A stretch of DNA of 64,000 nucleotides. Origin: Eledone cirrhosa (Eukaryota). The stretch lies in the NCBI GenBank assembly GCA_964016885.1, contig OZ024757.1:24552001-24616000 (forward strand), written 5' to 3'. Made by a program: the position numbers and the translations under genes. The notes under the pieces are model-generated. The model worked only from the letters and a program-made list of their open reading frames with translations, made no database searches and was not told the origin of the DNA. This document shows, in pieces, positions 62,777 to 64,000 of this stretch (positions are counted from its first letter, which is position 1; every line of letters begins with the position of its first letter).

Positions 62777-63096
62777 CACACACACACACAAATATATATA
62801 TATATATACATATACATACAATCATATATATATATATATAATACATACACACATATACACAGACAGACAGAGTGGCAGTATCGGTAGAGTGTCGGACACC
62901 ATGCTTTGAAGCATGGAGTTACGTCCCTTTACGGTCTGAGTTCAAATCCCACCGAGGTTAACTTTGCCTTTCATCTTTATGGGGTCGATAAAATAAAGTA
63001 CCAGTAATACACTGGGATAATTGCTGGCCTTGTGCCAAAAGTAGAAACAATTATTATATACCACTGAGACAGAACTGTTCTTTGTTCTGTCTTAAT

Positions 63097-64000
63097 CTGT
63101 CTGTCTGTCTGTGTGTGAGTGTCTGACTGAGTCTGTATGTCTGTCTGTGTGTCTGTCTGTCTGTGTGTGAGTGTCTGACTGAGTCTGTATGTCTGTCTGT
63201 GTGTCTGTGTGTGAGTGTCTGACTGAGTCTGTATGTCTGTCTGTGTGTGTGTCTGTCTGTGTGTGAGTGTCTGACTGAGTCTGTATGTCTGTCTGTGTGT
63301 GTGTCTGTCTGTGTGTGAGTGTCTGACTGAGTCTGTATGTCTGTCTGTGTGTGTGTCTGTCTGTGTGTGAGTGTCTGACTGAGTCTGTATGTCTGTCTGT
63401 GTGTGTGTGTCTGTCTGTGTGTGTCTGTCTGTGTGTGTGTGTGTCTGTCTGTGTCTCTGTCTGTCTGTGTGTGAGTGTCTGACTGAGTCTGTATGTCTGT
63501 CTGTGTGTCTGTCTGTGTGTGAGTGTCTGACTGAGTCTGTATGTCTGTCTGTGTGTGTGTGTCTGTCTGTGTGTGTGTCTGTGTGTGTGTCTGTCTGTGT
63601 GTCTGTCTGTCTGTGTGTGAGTGTCTGACTGAGTCTGTATGTCTGTCTGTGTGTGTGTCTGTCTGTGTGTGAGTGTCTGACTGAGTCTGTATGTCTGTCT
63701 GTATGTCTGTCTGTCTGTGTGTGAGTGTCTGACTGAGTCTGTATGTCTGTCTGTGTGTGTGTCTGTCTGTGTGTGAGTGTCTGACTGAGTCTGTATGTCT
63801 GTCTGTCTGTCTGTGTCTGTCTGTGTGTGATCGTCTGACTGAGTCTGTCTGTCTGTCTGTGTGTGAGTGTCTGACTGAGTCTGTATGTCTGTCTGTGTGT
63901 GTGTCTGTCTGTGTGTGAGTGTCTGACTGAGTCTGTATGTCTGTCTGTGTGTCTGTCTGTCTGTGTGTGAGTGTCTGACTGAGTCTGTATGTCTGTCTCT
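63097..64000. repeat. GT-rich minisatellite (about 42-54 bp; gagtgtctgactgagtctgtatgtctgtctgtgtgt)
   Basis: Directly visible and runs to the window end. Confidence 0.92.

Overview
AT-rich, repeat-dense animal genomic DNA. The SINE, LINE and microsatellite content suggests an octopus or other coleoid cephalopod (inference). I assembled four spliced protein-coding genes by hand from GT-AG exons with consistent phases. GTF3C5 (- strand) has its first two coding exons here and continues off the left edge. It lies head-to-head with a complete 10-exon RPAP2 (+, 644 aa). NDUFB2 (-) is complete in 3 exons (98 aa). A VWA3B-like gene (VWA plus DUF4537-like domain, +) probably continues off the right edge. 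The rest is a dead DD37D (maT) Tc1/mariner element, RTE LINE fragments, two tRNA-derived SINE families, Helentron/HINE-like elements, CRE-clade and gypsy-like fragments, minisatellites and a 200-N gap. The main unannotated signal is a dispersed set of type-I minimal hammerhead ribozyme motifs of several different sequence families. One sits just downstream of a Penelope GIY-YIG C-terminus, and several sit inside fold-back (inverted-duplication) elements, including a 338-bp palindrome with a hammerhead on each strand. Also notable are a duplicated frame-shifting 3' splice site in NDUFB2 and repeated birth of tandem arrays from the same C-terminal region of RTE LINEs.
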